64,000 nucleotides of DNA from Candidatus Poribacteria bacterium (GCA_965215265.1 OZ244048.1:1952001-2016000), one strand, 5' to 3'; positions 21,069 through 31,610 are shown, counted from the first letter of the stretch. Numbers and translations are program-made. Notes: generated from the letters alone by a model not told the origin.

Positions 21069-22169
21069 TTATGGTTTTCTTTTGAGTTTTCCCCAGCGTG
21101 TTGGCAGTTTACCTGTTGCCTCAACGGCCTGAAAACCAGTATCAAAGACGAGAACGTCTGGCAAAAATTCCAATCCTTCTCCAGCCCCGCCGAAAACATA
21201 AATCTTGCCGTTGACCGTCACTGCACCAAAAGGGCGTAGGGGCGTGGGCATCGATGGAATATCGCGCCATGTCTCTGTCCGTGGATGATACACATCCACT
21301 GTCGCTAAATACTCACGAGGTATTTGTTGCTGAGGGAAACCTCCAATCAGATAAATCTCATCTCTAACAACCGCTGTCGAGAATGAAAATCTGAGGGCTA
21401 ACATCTCCTTTTTCTTTTCCCATTGATGACTTATTGGGTCATATGCCTCAATGACCGTCAGGGCATGCCGACCCGCGCCTGCGGGTGGCCATCCGCCGAT
21501 GACATAAAGACGGTTGTTGACGACAGTCACATCTCCTGGGTCGCGGCGAGTCGGCATGTTCGGTGCTTTTCCCCACATATCCGTCGCTGGATTATAGACA
21601 TCAACCCGTGCCATCGCTACTTCATGTTCCGGACCGACACCCGTTGAACCGCCGACGAGATAGACCCTTCCCGCAACCACACCCAGATCAAAGCTGATAC
21701 GAGAAACCGGCATATCTTTTTTCTTGATCCATCTATCCGTCTTCGGATTGTATGCCTCTACGTGAACCGTAGTTTTCATATTCCAAATTTTGTTATCTTT
21801 GGCACTATACCCGCCAAAGACATAGATAATCCCGTCGACTACCGCAGCTCTCGCACCATGGCGGGGTGTTGGCATGTCTGCGCGTCGCCGCCACGTATTG
21901 GTTTGTGTATCATACTCCTCAACGGTTGAAAGTCCAAAGGGTCCGGGAGCTATTGGAGGACGTGCCTTCAGGTCTTCAAAGAGGCTGCCACCGATGAGAT
22001 AAACTTTATTATCCACAATGGCTGTGGCGAAACCCTCTTTCTCCGTCGGGAGTTGAGTGACGAGTTCCCAATCCGCTCCGGCAAAAGAGGCGATTGACAT
22101 CCATAAAAGAGTGAAAACAACGCCGCCAATAATGATACCTTTTTTGGAATTAAACACGCTTAACATCAA
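21069..22169 (-). CDS. secreted Kelch-repeat protein (copy B)
   Basis: Kelch repeats, AGGAGG SD with TTG start, tail AVEATGKLPTRWGKLKRKP. Confidence 0.9.
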   Translation of the reverse strand: MMLSVFNSKKGIIIGGVVFTLLWMSIASFAGADWELVTQLPTEKEGFATAIVDNKVYLIGGSLFEDLKARPPIAPGPFGLSTVEEYDTQTNTWRRRADMPTPRHGARAAVVDGIIYVFGGYSAKDNKIWNMKTTVHVEAYNPKTDRWIKKKDMPVSRISFDLGVVAGRVYLVGGSTGVGPEHEVAMARVDVYNPATDMWGKAPNMPTRRDPGDVTVVNNRLYVIGGWPPAGAGRHALTVIEAYDPISHQWEKKKEMLALRFSFSTAVVRDEIYLIGGFPQQQIPREYLATVDVYHPRTETWRDIPSMPTPLRPFGAVTVNGKIYVFGGAGEGLEFLPDVLVFDTGFQAVEATGKLPTRWGKLKRKP

Positions 22170-22324
22170 TTATTCCTCCTTGTTTAGTTGTTATTAAGGC
22201 CCTATTCTTAGCTTGCTATAGCTATTGGCAGGCAGTTAGTTTCTTTTATCTGCGACATCGCTTGCATCAACACAGACTTTTTGAAGCCTCACAAACTTAC
22301 CGAAAGTCGAGAACCGCCTGCGAA

Positions 22325-22740
22325 TCATTGTGCTTTGACTGTCAGTGAGGTATCAGTCTTCGCGCCATTTTTACCCGCCAGATGATAGGCACTACCCGAT
22401 GTGTCTGAGAATTCCTTTGCTCCCTCCGGTTCATCAAAATGCCACAACGCGAGGGTCTTCGCGTCATTCTTGAACTGGCCGTGCGGCGTGAAACCATCTT
22501 TCTCGACATCGTAACGAGGAATCGTTGAGATGCGGACCTCATCAATGTATCCTGCAAAAGCACCCCAAAAGTGGTTGTGACTGCTGGAACCAATCTTCTC
22601 TCCAAAGCCGCCGAGCGTAAAATCCTTTGGGCGCTCGATGCTTGAGAGATCGTCTGCAAGCATCGTTCCTTGCGGTAAGATGTGTGCGTAATCGTTAACG
22701 ATTGTTGTTGTCTGATGCCCCTTCGCTTGAAAAACGATGG
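22325..22740 (-). pseudogene. 5'-deleted LamG gene
   Basis: closely matches the 3' half of LamG 24854-25696; similarity stops at about 22740, next to the Kelch downstream sequence. Confidence 0.85.
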
Positions 22741-22792
22741 AATACTAGTTGTAAACGATTGTTAACGCGAAAAGGATTTTACGACATTCTAA

Positions 22793-23923
22793 TTATGGTT
22801 TTCTTTTGAGTTTTCCCCAGCGTGTTGGCAGTTTGCCGGTTGCTTCGACGGCGCGAAAACCGGTATCATATACCAGAACGTCTGGAAAAAACTCGAAACC
22901 TTCTTTCGCCCCTCCGAAAACATAAATCTTTCCGTTGACCATCGCTGCACCAGAAGGTGAAAGGGGCATCGGCAATGCTGGAATATCGCTCCATGCTTCT
23001 TTCTGTGGACTATACACAGCCACAGTCGCTAAAAAACGCCCGTGAGCCAAACCGCCAATCAGATAGATATCCTCCTTAACAACAACCGTCGAGAAAGCCC
23101 GTCTGATGTCTAACATTCCATTTTTCTGCCGCCAATGACGGCGCTCCGGGTCATATTCTTCAATAACCGTCAGCAACGGATCCCAACCGATTGGGGGGCC
23201 AACCGGTGGCCATCCAGATCCGCCGATGGCATAAATACGATTATTCACAACCGCTACATGGAGATACTCGCGCGCTGTTGGCATTTTTGGGGGACCCTTC
23301 GCCCATGTATCCGTGGCAGGATTATAGACATCCACCCGATCCATCCGTCTTTTATCGTCTATACGGAAACCTTCACTTCCACCGAGGAGATAGACTTTTC
23401 CAGCGACCGCACCCAGACCAAAGTAGACACGAGATATCGGCATCTCCTTTTTCCGGGTCCATATCCCTGTTGCTGGGTTGTATGCCTCTACGTGAACTGG
23501 ATATTCCCACTTTCCATCTTTCATACGGACTCCCCCGAAAACATAGATGATCCCGTTAACAACCGAGGCTTGAGCCGCCTCACGTGGCGTTGGCATATCT
23601 GTGATTCTCCGCCACGTGTGGTTCTGCGTGTCGAACACCTCAACTGTGGAAAGTCCAACGGGGCCCTTGTCAAAGTTTTCAAAGCTTGTGCCCCCGATGA
23701 GATAAATCTTATCCTCTACCACTGCAGTTGCGAAAGCCGTTCTCTTCGTCGAAATCTCAGTGATAACTTTCCATTCCTCACCGGCAAAGGATTCCATTCG
23801 CATAAGGAGAAAAATAAAAAAAACGAGAGCCATAACGGGAGCCGTTTTAGAATTGAATAGGCGTGGCATAGGGCATACTGACATGTGTTGTTCGCAGAAA
23901 AAAAGGGAAATTGGTAAATCCAT
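22793..23923 (-). CDS. secreted Kelch-repeat protein (copy A)
   Basis: Kelch repeats; N-terminus identical to copy C, C-terminal tail identical to copy B. Confidence 0.9.
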   Translation of the reverse strand: MDLPISLFFCEQHMSVCPMPRLFNSKTAPVMALVFFIFLLMRMESFAGEEWKVITEISTKRTAFATAVVEDKIYLIGGTSFENFDKGPVGLSTVEVFDTQNHTWRRITDMPTPREAAQASVVNGIIYVFGGVRMKDGKWEYPVHVEAYNPATGIWTRKKEMPISRVYFGLGAVAGKVYLLGGSEGFRIDDKRRMDRVDVYNPATDTWAKGPPKMPTAREYLHVAVVNNRIYAIGGSGWPPVGPPIGWDPLLTVIEEYDPERRHWRQKNGMLDIRRAFSTVVVKEDIYLIGGLAHGRFLATVAVYSPQKEAWSDIPALPMPLSPSGAAMVNGKIYVFGGAKEGFEFFPDVLVYDTGFRAVEATGKLPTRWGKLKRKP

Positions 23924-24244
23924 GTGCTCTCCTTTAGAGTTTTTCTAATGAGAAAAAAGCCTCGCCATGAACGTGACTTTTGTAGCAGTTATACGATGTG
24001 TAACGACCTTTTCGTAAAACTCAGACATCTAAAAGGCTTGTTGCCACCTAAAGCCACTCGGATATATCCGAAATTCGGCAGCGAACCGTGAGAGGTTATA
24101 GAAGCGAGAACCTATACAAAAACGACTCTACGTAAATGGATAAACTCTCGCTTATCTTATGCGGAAGCCATTCGATCTATAAACGGCTTACTCTTCTAAC
24201 AGGGTCCTGAAGTACACCAGTACACCCAATGATGAGTGCTGACC
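23688..24244. repeat. 557-bp direct repeat, copy 2
   Basis: identical by eye to 18658-19214. Confidence 0.9.
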
Positions 24245-24468
24245 CGCTCAGCACAACAAGTATCTCCCCACGAACACTGATTGCTTAAGTCAGGACAAGG
24301 TGTCCGTGGACACGCGTCTGCATCGGGTGTGATCATCAGAGACGCAAGGATTGCGCCTGTTGCGACAGCCCCAGCGACTAAGGCGTTCTTATGCGCAACA
24401 TGCCCATCTTCTTTGACAAAGAAATCGCTGAGACGCTGTTTCGTCAGTTGTGCTACGTGAGTTTGCAT
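24196..24468 (-). CDS. 90-aa Cys-rich precursor-like peptide (copy 1)
   Basis: AAGGAG SD; same leader and Cys frame as copy 2. Confidence 0.85.
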   Translation of the reverse strand: MQTHVAQLTKQRLSDFFVKEDGHVAHKNALVAGAVATGAILASLMITPDADACPRTPCPDLSNQCSWGDTCCAERVSTHHWVYWCTSGPC

Positions 24469-24853
24469 GAGATTTTATCTCCTTCATTTTGTAGTAGAAA
24501 CGGTAATGTTTTAACCAGAGATGCACAAAACATCTCAAATGTAGCAAACAACACCGCTTCTTAGAATTAGAGGGTTTTCGGTAAAATAATGATGAGATAG
24601 AGTGCCCTCATAACACTCTTTTCCCAGACTCGTCCGACATTACCCCGACAGTCCCACAGGCTGGTAAACCGTTGGTGCCGTGGGTAGCTTTCGACGAGGC
24701 GACAATTCTGTTTGTGTTGCTGTTAGGTGTGCGTCATCAATAGTTCGTCCGCTTTCAGCAACTGTGTCGTTTCGATACGAGATTTGAACCTTGGCGCGGC
24801 TATGGTTCTTGATATCGTATCGAAGCCATCTAATAGAACTTTTCTTAGAGGTA

Positions 24854-25696
24854 TCATTGTGTTTTGACTGCAAGCGGGATGCCGATCTTTGCACCATTTT
24901 TACCCGTCAGATGGTGAGCATTCCCCGATGCATCCGAGAATGTCGGCGTTCCGCCTGGCTCATCAAAATGCCACAACGCCACTGTCTTTGCGTCATTCTT
25001 GAACTTGCTGTGCGGCGTGAAACCAGTTTTATCGACATCGTAACGAGGAATCGTTGAGATGCGGACCTCATCGATATATCCCGCAAAAGCACCCCAAAAG
25101 TGATCGTGACTCCTGGAACCGATTTTCTCTCCAAAACCCCCAAGCGTAAAATCCTTTGGACGCTCTAAGTTTGAGAGATCGTCCGCTAGCGGTGTATTTT
25201 GAGGTAAGATGTATGCGTAATCGTTAACGATGGTTGTTGTCTGATGCCCATTCGACTGAAAAGCGATGTGATGCCATTGATTCGGCGAAAGTGTTCTCGC
25301 GTGGTGCGGGGTCTCAGCAACCCCTCCCCTCACCATAAAATGTGCTTGAATTCTGAGGAATAAATCTCCTTTCTGCCAATCGAGGGTATCCCTTGCTCCC
25401 TCCCATCCGGCGTGAACATCGTTGACAACATCCATCCGCACCTGCTGGCTGAGAATCATTGCGTGTATCTCATCAGCAGGCGGTGTGGTGGGATATATCC
25501 ACGCTTCAACGGTAAATTCGTCTGTCCCTTCCGGTAACAGCAGCCCGAACGTTTCAAAATCTAAAACGGCATAGTCATCAACTCCGTCAAGGGCTAAATA
25601 GTTTCCGCCTGCGGGTGACGGGGGTGGGAGTGCTTTGGCACTCAGCGGCATGAAAACAAGCAAAAAGAGACAGGTAAGGATGTGTCGGTGTCTCAT
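24854..25696 (-). CDS. secreted LamG/concanavalin-like domain protein (copy 1)
   Basis: signal peptide; ALDGVDDY, FTVEAWIYP, QWHHIAF, YIDEVRIS, ALWHFDE. Confidence 0.9.
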   Translation of the reverse strand: MRHRHILTCLFLLVFMPLSAKALPPPSPAGGNYLALDGVDDYAVLDFETFGLLLPEGTDEFTVEAWIYPTTPPADEIHAMILSQQVRMDVVNDVHAGWEGARDTLDWQKGDLFLRIQAHFMVRGGVAETPHHARTLSPNQWHHIAFQSNGHQTTTIVNDYAYILPQNTPLADDLSNLERPKDFTLGGFGEKIGSRSHDHFWGAFAGYIDEVRISTIPRYDVDKTGFTPHSKFKNDAKTVALWHFDEPGGTPTFSDASGNAHHLTGKNGAKIGIPLAVKTQ

Positions 25697-25719
25697 TGAA
25701 AAGTCCTTATGAATTAGGT

Positions 25720-25852
25720 TTTGTCAAATTTAAAATTAGAAAAAAAGACTTTTTTTTCGGAGAAATCCTCATTTTTCAACATTTTCTGCTAAAAAAATGC
25801 GAATAAAGGTTGTGCGAGTGCAAAAAAAAGTCAACGTTTGCTCATTTTTTTT
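25720..25852. repeat. dispersed A/T-tract element, copy 2
   Basis: TTGTCAAATT...ATTTTTCAACATTTTCT...AAAAAAAAGTCAACGTTTGCTCATTTTTT. Confidence 0.6.
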
Positions 25853-25956
25853 AGGTACTTTTTTGAATTATATCATTATTTTTCGTCAGCGGCATCAGTA
25901 TGCGTGTTTATACTAGATGTGCTGCATTCCGGCACTCCACAATCCGTTTTTTGGGG

Positions 25957-28020
25957 TTATTGCAGCATCGCTACGAGCGTATCCACTTCAGTGGTGGGTA
26001 CTTGGCAGGCATAATTTTCGCATACATAAGCGGTTGCTCTGTTATCAATCTGAGTTTTGTCTGCGAGAATTGGCAAAGTGGATTCTCTTGTGGGTTCAAT
26101 CAAAGCGACAATTTTGTTAGGCAGATACTGCCCATGTAATGCCGCTAACATTGCGTTGGTCGCTGTGTCTGCTTTTTGTCCGACAATCGCGATTTCCTTA
26201 GGTGTTGACAGCAGGAAAGCGAGTTCACAGAGGAGTTGTCCGGAGCCTGAGGGCATCGCCTCCATTTGATGGTAGTAGAGTTTCAACGTCTCAACCGCTC
26301 GATCGTGGAATTCCGGATTGTCAAGGTATTTGGCAAGCCTTAGGAGACTATGGATCGCCATGGAAGCGCCAGAGGGGGTTGCGCCGTCGTATGCAGATTT
26401 GGAGTGGACGATAAGGGGTTCGTGTGCTTTGCCTATGAAAAAAAAGCCTCCGCTGGTTTCGTCTGCGAATTGTTCAATCATGATATGTGCGAGTCTTTCC
26501 GCCTCCGTGAGCCAGCGTGGTTCAAAGCTCGCTTCGTAAAGCGCGATTAAGCCTGCGATAAAGTAGGAATAGTCTTCAAGGTAGGCGTTGAGGTGGCTTT
26601 TACCGGTGCGATGGGTGCGCCAGAGGAGTCCATTCTCTTGTGAAAGCGTAGTTAAGATAAACTCGGCAGATTTTTGGCATGCTTTAAGGTATTCAGGCTT
26701 GCCTGTCAATTGGTATCCCATCGCCATACCGCGGAGCATGAGGCCGTTCCAGCTCGTTAAGATTTTGTCGTCTAGTCCGGGTTTAATCCGTTTTTCACGT
26801 GCTGCGAACAACTTCTGTTTTCCGTCTGCGAGGATTGCTTCGAGTTCACTTAATTCCATCTGCAGTTTTCGGGCAAAGATGTCCGGTGGCGTTTGGACGT
26901 GGAGGATGTTTTCACCCTCAAAATTCCCGTGCGGTGTGATATCGTAAAATTCACAGAAGATTTCGGCATTTTTCTCGTGGGTGATGTCTTCTACTTCCGT
27001 GGGTTCCCAGACAAAAAACTTGCCTTCCACCCCTTCGCTATCGGCATCTTGCGTGGAATAAAAGCCGCCGTTCTCTGTGTCGTACATCTCACGGAGTACA
27101 TAGTCCAGCGTCTCCGTTGCGATGTGGCGATAGAAAAGTTTTTTGGTAGCTTGGTATGCCTCAAAATAGGCGATGACGAGCTGTGCGTTGTCATACAACA
27201 TTTTTTCAAAGTGTGGCACGAGCCAGTGTGCATCGGTAGAGTATCTGTGGAAGCCCCCTCCGAGCTGATCGTATATACCCCCCCGTGCCATTTTTTCCAA
27301 GGTCAATTCAACCATTTCCAAGGCGTTGGGGTTGCTGCTATGGTGCCAATAGCGGAGGAGAAAAGGCAGTCCCATACTGGGTGGAAATTTGGGGGCGGTT
27401 CCGAAGCCGCCGTATTGGGGGTCGAATTGAGAGCGGTAATGTTGAAAGGCATTCTCCATTAGCTCCTCAGTGAGTTGCTGCTCGTGCGAATCAACGATTT
27501 GACTCATCTGGTTCAGATGTGTTGTAATCTGGTTGGCTTGTTCGAGTACCTTTTGATTTTGTTCGCGGTACGCCTCAGCAACGGCGTGCATCACCTTGGG
27601 GAAGCCGGGTCTTCCGTACCGGTCTGTAGGTGGATAGTAGGTACCGCCGTAAAAAGGCTGGAGCTCAGGTGTGAGGAAAACAGTCATCGGCCAGCCGCCG
27701 CTGCGTGTCATGACTTGAACAGCGGTCATGTAGATTTCATCTAAGTCTGGTCGTTCCTCCCGATCGACTTTAATGTTGACGAAGAGTTCGTTCATAACTT
27801 GTGCGATCTCTTCATTTTCAAAGGATTCGCGTTCCATAACGTGGCACCAGTGGCATGCGGAGTAGCCGATGCTCAGGAGTATGGGCTTGTCCTCTTGCTT
27901 GGCGTGCGCTAACGCCTCTTCGCCCCACGGGTACCAGTCAACCGGATTGTGTGCGTGCTGGAGGAGGTATGGGCTTGTTTCGTGAATAAGTCTATTGGTG
28001 TATTTGGCGGTATCGTTCAT
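25957..28020 (-). CDS. YyaL/SSP411-family thioredoxin-domain protein (DUF255)
   Basis: [42 protein letters not shown]. Confidence 0.95.
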   Translation of the reverse strand: MNDTAKYTNRLIHETSPYLLQHAHNPVDWYPWGEEALAHAKQEDKPILLSIGYSACHWCHVMERESFENEEIAQVMNELFVNIKVDREERPDLDEIYMTAVQVMTRSGGWPMTVFLTPELQPFYGGTYYPPTDRYGRPGFPKVMHAVAEAYREQNQKVLEQANQITTHLNQMSQIVDSHEQQLTEELMENAFQHYRSQFDPQYGGFGTAPKFPPSMGLPFLLRYWHHSSNPNALEMVELTLEKMARGGIYDQLGGGFHRYSTDAHWLVPHFEKMLYDNAQLVIAYFEAYQATKKLFYRHIATETLDYVLREMYDTENGGFYSTQDADSEGVEGKFFVWEPTEVEDITHEKNAEIFCEFYDITPHGNFEGENILHVQTPPDIFARKLQMELSELEAILADGKQKLFAAREKRIKPGLDDKILTSWNGLMLRGMAMGYQLTGKPEYLKACQKSAEFILTTLSQENGLLWRTHRTGKSHLNAYLEDYSYFIAGLIALYEASFEPRWLTEAERLAHIMIEQFADETSGGFFFIGKAHEPLIVHSKSAYDGATPSGASMAIHSLLRLAKYLDNPEFHDRAVETLKLYYHQMEAMPSGSGQLLCELAFLLSTPKEIAIVGQKADTATNAMLAALHGQYLPNKIVALIEPTRESTLPILADKTQIDNRATAYVCENYACQVPTTEVDTLVAMLQ

Positions 28021-28089
28021 CTTTTTTCTCCAGCTTTGTGATGTGAATGGGCGGATCTGGAAGTCCGCCCGACGAAAAGCGTAGTGAAA

Positions 28090-28163
28090 GGTAGCGCTAC
28101 GGGGATTCGAACCCCGGTTTGATGGCTGAGAACCATCTGTCCTGACCCCTAGACGATAGCGCC
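28090..28163 (-). tRNA. tRNA-Glu(CTC), CCA incompletely encoded
   Basis: GGCGCTA/TAGCGCT acceptor stem, GATGG-TTCTCAG-CCATC anticodon arm, GGTTCGAATCC T-arm. Confidence 0.95.
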
Positions 28164-28175
28164 TTAGTGAAGCAG

Positions 28176-28249
28176 TGGCTGCCCGGGAAGGACTCGAACC
28201 TTCACTACATGGTCCAGAGCCATGCGTCCTACCATTAGACGACCGGGCA
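28176..28249 (-). tRNA. tRNA-Gln(CTG)
   Basis: TGCCCGG/CCGGGCA acceptor stem, CATGG-CTCTGGA-CCATG, GGTTCGAGTCC, encoded CCA. Confidence 0.95.
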
Positions 28250-28264
28250 TTGCCTATAGTATTA

Positions 28265-28293
28265 AGTATACCCTAATTACTGCGATTTGTCAA
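28265..28293 (-). promoter_or_regulatory. tRNA operon promoter
   Basis: TTGACA-N17-TATACT on the minus strand. Confidence 0.85.
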
Positions 28294-28495
28294 TTTTTTT
28301 ATGAAGGCGATGCTTCTAAATTGAAATGACAACTATGGCTGCCGGAACAACAGCCCATTAAAATAGACTCTCGATCCATGTAAGATAACCCATCCGTTAA
28401 CCTATACCGATTACGAGAAATACGCGTAATATGAAGGCAATGATCGGGAATGGACTGGAGGTGATTAATTCAAGCATAGTTTTCCGTTGCTTACG

Positions 28496-29965
28496 CTACT
28501 GCAGCGTGATGTTCGAGAAGGTATAGAAAATATTCACAAACCCGATGAAAAGCGTTGGCACGACAAAGACGCTCAATAGGGCAAAGGTGCCTGTAGAGAA
28601 GGCAACATCCTCCGTCTCCTCTGCGGTTTCAAGATACATCGCCTTCACAATGCGTGCGTAGTAATAGAGAGAGACGACGCTGTTCACCAATCCAACAAAG
28701 GCGAGCCAGTACAAGCCTTTGTCGATGACGGCGGCGAACAGTAACCATTTTCCAAAGAAGCCGGCGAACGGGGGGATGCCAGTGAGTGAGAAGAGGAAAA
28801 TCGCCATTGCCCCGGCGACTAACGGGGCACGTGCCGAGAGCCCGCGATACCCATCAATCATTTCGCTTCCGACTTCGTTGGCGATGAGGACGACAACGTA
28901 GAATGCCCCTAAGTTCATAAATAGATAGACGACGAGGTAGAAGAGAATGGCACCGATTCCCTCAGACGTGAGCAACACACCACCCATGAGGAGGTAACCG
29001 CCGTGCGCGATGCTTGAGTAGGCAAGCAGACGTTTGACATTCTGCTGGGGGAGCGCAGCGAGATTACCGACAGTCATCGTGAGTGCAGAGACAACCGCTA
29101 ACATCAACGTCCAGTCAACGGATTGCATGACGGCTGAATTGCTAAAACCGGAATAGAAGAAACGAATGAATAGGGCGAACCCAGCCGACTTTGAGGCGAC
29201 AGATAAGAACGCTGTTATCGGAATCGGCGCGCCCTCATAAACATCAGGTGACCACATATGGAAAGGCACCGAGGCAATCTTATAGCCTACACCCGCCAGG
29301 ATAAACGTGATTGAAATTAGCACGGCAAGCGGATAGACCTCGCCGGAACTGAACATTTCGGTCAGACGTTGACTGATTTGTCCAAGGTCGCCGGTGCCAG
29401 TCATGCCAAATATGAGAGAGAGCCCGAATAGCATTGTTCCAGACGCAACAGCGCCATACGTAATGTATTTGAACGCTGCTTCACTTGAACGCGGGCTGTG
29501 TGTCAAGAATCCAGCGAGGATATAAGAGGTTAGACTGACTGTTTCCAAGGAGATAAATATCATCAATAGGTTCGTTGATGATGCCATGAGGAACATGCCG
29601 AGTGTTACAGCTAATAAGAGGGCATAGTATTCGCCTTTGAGTCGGGCATCGAGTTCTTCAGAGCATAGGGAAAAGAGGATTGTCGCCGCTGTTGCAAGAA
29701 GAAGGATAATTTTGAAGAAGGTAGCGAACCCATCGAGGCGAATCATTCCCAGGAATAGGGATACGGATTCGTTTGTTCCGAGAGATACATGCGTGATGAG
29801 GACAGCCCCTAGGACACAACCAACCCCTATTAACGAGAGGTATGCAACAGCACTACTCTCACTATTTCTTACCACCAAATCGAGGATGATAACGGCGGCG
29901 GCGAATACGACCAAAAGTATTTCCGGGCTAAAATAGAGTAGGCTATCAATGTTATTTAATTGCAC
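28496..29965 (-). CDS. nuoN: NADH-quinone oxidoreductase subunit N
   Basis: EAAFKY, KIASVPFHMWSPDVYEGAP, KRLLAYSSIAH. Confidence 0.95.
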   Translation of the reverse strand: MQLNNIDSLLYFSPEILLVVFAAAVIILDLVVRNSESSAVAYLSLIGVGCVLGAVLITHVSLGTNESVSLFLGMIRLDGFATFFKIILLLATAATILFSLCSEELDARLKGEYYALLLAVTLGMFLMASSTNLLMIFISLETVSLTSYILAGFLTHSPRSSEAAFKYITYGAVASGTMLFGLSLIFGMTGTGDLGQISQRLTEMFSSGEVYPLAVLISITFILAGVGYKIASVPFHMWSPDVYEGAPIPITAFLSVASKSAGFALFIRFFYSGFSNSAVMQSVDWTLMLAVVSALTMTVGNLAALPQQNVKRLLAYSSIAHGGYLLMGGVLLTSEGIGAILFYLVVYLFMNLGAFYVVVLIANEVGSEMIDGYRGLSARAPLVAGAMAIFLFSLTGIPPFAGFFGKWLLFAAVIDKGLYWLAFVGLVNSVVSLYYYARIVKAMYLETAEETEDVAFSTGTFALLSVFVVPTLFIGFVNIFYTFSNITLQ

Positions 29966-29974
29966 ACCGTCCTC

Positions 29975-31495
29975 CTATAGGTTCGCCAATTTCTCAACAG
30001 CCCCGACCAGCTCCTCAACATATTTGTTGAACATATCAATGGCGAAGTTGGGCCAAACGCCGAGGACGATGGTTAAGATTCCGAGCGGCAGGAGTGTTAG
30101 AATTTCGCGTGGGTTGATTTCTGACAGGGATTCATATTTTGGATTGAGTTGTCCTAAGAAAACGCGTTGGAGTGTCCAGAGGAAGTATGCTGCGCCGACA
30201 ACGATGCCGATGGTTGACAAGACAGTCAACATCTTAAATTTGTCGTAAGCGCCGAGGAGGGAGAGCGCCTCACCAACGAATCCACTCAGACCGGGCAGTC
30301 CTAAAGATGCCATAAAGGCGAGCGTTGTGATGCCGGTATAGATGGGGACTCGGCTGCCTAATCCACCGAACCCATTAATTTCGCGGTGGTGTGCTCTATC
30401 GTAGAGGACACCGACGAGCAGGAAGAGCATTGCACTGATCACACCGTGGTTAAACATCTGAAGAATGGCACCTGTCACGCCGCTCTCATTTCGTGCTGCT
30501 AACCCCAAGATAACGAAACCCATGTGCCCGATACTAGAATACGCGACGAGTTTCTTAAAATCGGTTTGCGCTAATGCACAGAAAGAGCCGTAGACGATAT
30601 TAATGAATCCCAGGAGTGCCAAACTGTTGCCCCAAGTGCCTTGTCCGTTACAGAAAAAGTCCATGCCTTGCGGGAACATTTCCATGTTAACGCGGACGAG
30701 CCCGTAGGTTCCCATCTTCAAGAGGATGCCGGCAAGGATGACGCTGATGGCTGTAGGTGCCTCAACGTGTGCATCGGGTAGCCAAGTATGAAAGGGGAAA
30801 ATTGGCACTTTGACAGCAAACCCAATAAAAAAACCAATGAACACCCAGATCTGGAAACTCAAATCGGCGAGGGCGTGTCCGGGAGTGGCTGCCAATGTAA
30901 TGAGCGTTGGGATGTCGAACGTACGTGCCCCTGGTGCACCACTCTTAAGGTATACTGCTATCATTGCAACCAGCATCAACACACTGCCGAAGAGGGTATA
31001 GAGGAAGAATTTGATGGCGGCGTATTCGCGGCGCGGACCGCCCCACACGCCGATGAGAAAATACATGGGCAGCAGTGTCAGTTCAAAGAATACATAAAAC
31101 AAGAAGAGATCTAAGGAGGCGAAAAAGCCTAACATTCCGGTTTCCAATAGGAGAAAGAGGGCCATATACGCCTTAATGCCTTTTTCTATGTTTCGCCATG
31201 ATGCTAGGACACAAATTGGACCTAAGAGCGCAGTGAGGAGCAGCAGCGTTACGCTGAGCCCGTCAATGCCGACGTGATAACGGATGTTAAATGCCTGGAT
31301 CCAAGGGGCATCCATCTCGTACTGTGTTCCCGACATGCCGCGGTCGTAGTCTATAAATAGAAATACAGCGATGAAGAGCGGAACGAGTGTAAACATCAGC
31401 GTCACCCGTTTTACCAACTCATCCGACCCTCGTGGAAGAAGTAGAACAGCGAGCATCCCGAGCAACGGGACAAAAATCATTAGGGACAATAACAT
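29975..31495 (-). CDS. nuoM: NADH-quinone oxidoreductase subunit M
   Basis: DLFLFYVFFE, PFHTWLPDAHVEAPT, LLKMGTYG. Confidence 0.95.
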   Translation of the reverse strand: MLLSLMIFVPLLGMLAVLLLPRGSDELVKRVTLMFTLVPLFIAVFLFIDYDRGMSGTQYEMDAPWIQAFNIRYHVGIDGLSVTLLLLTALLGPICVLASWRNIEKGIKAYMALFLLLETGMLGFFASLDLFLFYVFFELTLLPMYFLIGVWGGPRREYAAIKFFLYTLFGSVLMLVAMIAVYLKSGAPGARTFDIPTLITLAATPGHALADLSFQIWVFIGFFIGFAVKVPIFPFHTWLPDAHVEAPTAISVILAGILLKMGTYGLVRVNMEMFPQGMDFFCNGQGTWGNSLALLGFINIVYGSFCALAQTDFKKLVAYSSIGHMGFVILGLAARNESGVTGAILQMFNHGVISAMLFLLVGVLYDRAHHREINGFGGLGSRVPIYTGITTLAFMASLGLPGLSGFVGEALSLLGAYDKFKMLTVLSTIGIVVGAAYFLWTLQRVFLGQLNPKYESLSEINPREILTLLPLGILTIVLGVWPNFAIDMFNKYVEELVGAVEKLANL

Positions 31496-31610
31496 TTTTT
31501 TTGTCTTTCCTTTCGGTTAAACAAAGGAGATTTGGAGTTTAATATTCCGTTTTTAAAGTCATTTGCCGGTTTGGCAAGTTTTAGTTTCGTCAAAAACCGT
31601 GGTAAAACTC

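Noticed and set aside
18658-24244. Diversity-generating retroelement (TR/VR pair)
   Set aside because: No reverse transcriptase; the repeat is identical, and differences elsewhere are not adenine-specific
19696-24856. Selenocysteine readthrough of the TGA stops ending the three LamG copies
   Set aside because: Further stops follow within a few codons, downstream sequences are unrelated, and there is no conserved Cys position
28049-28163. Integration site (att) at the tRNA-Glu 3' end
   Set aside because: No duplicated tRNA 3' end or integrase seen in the window
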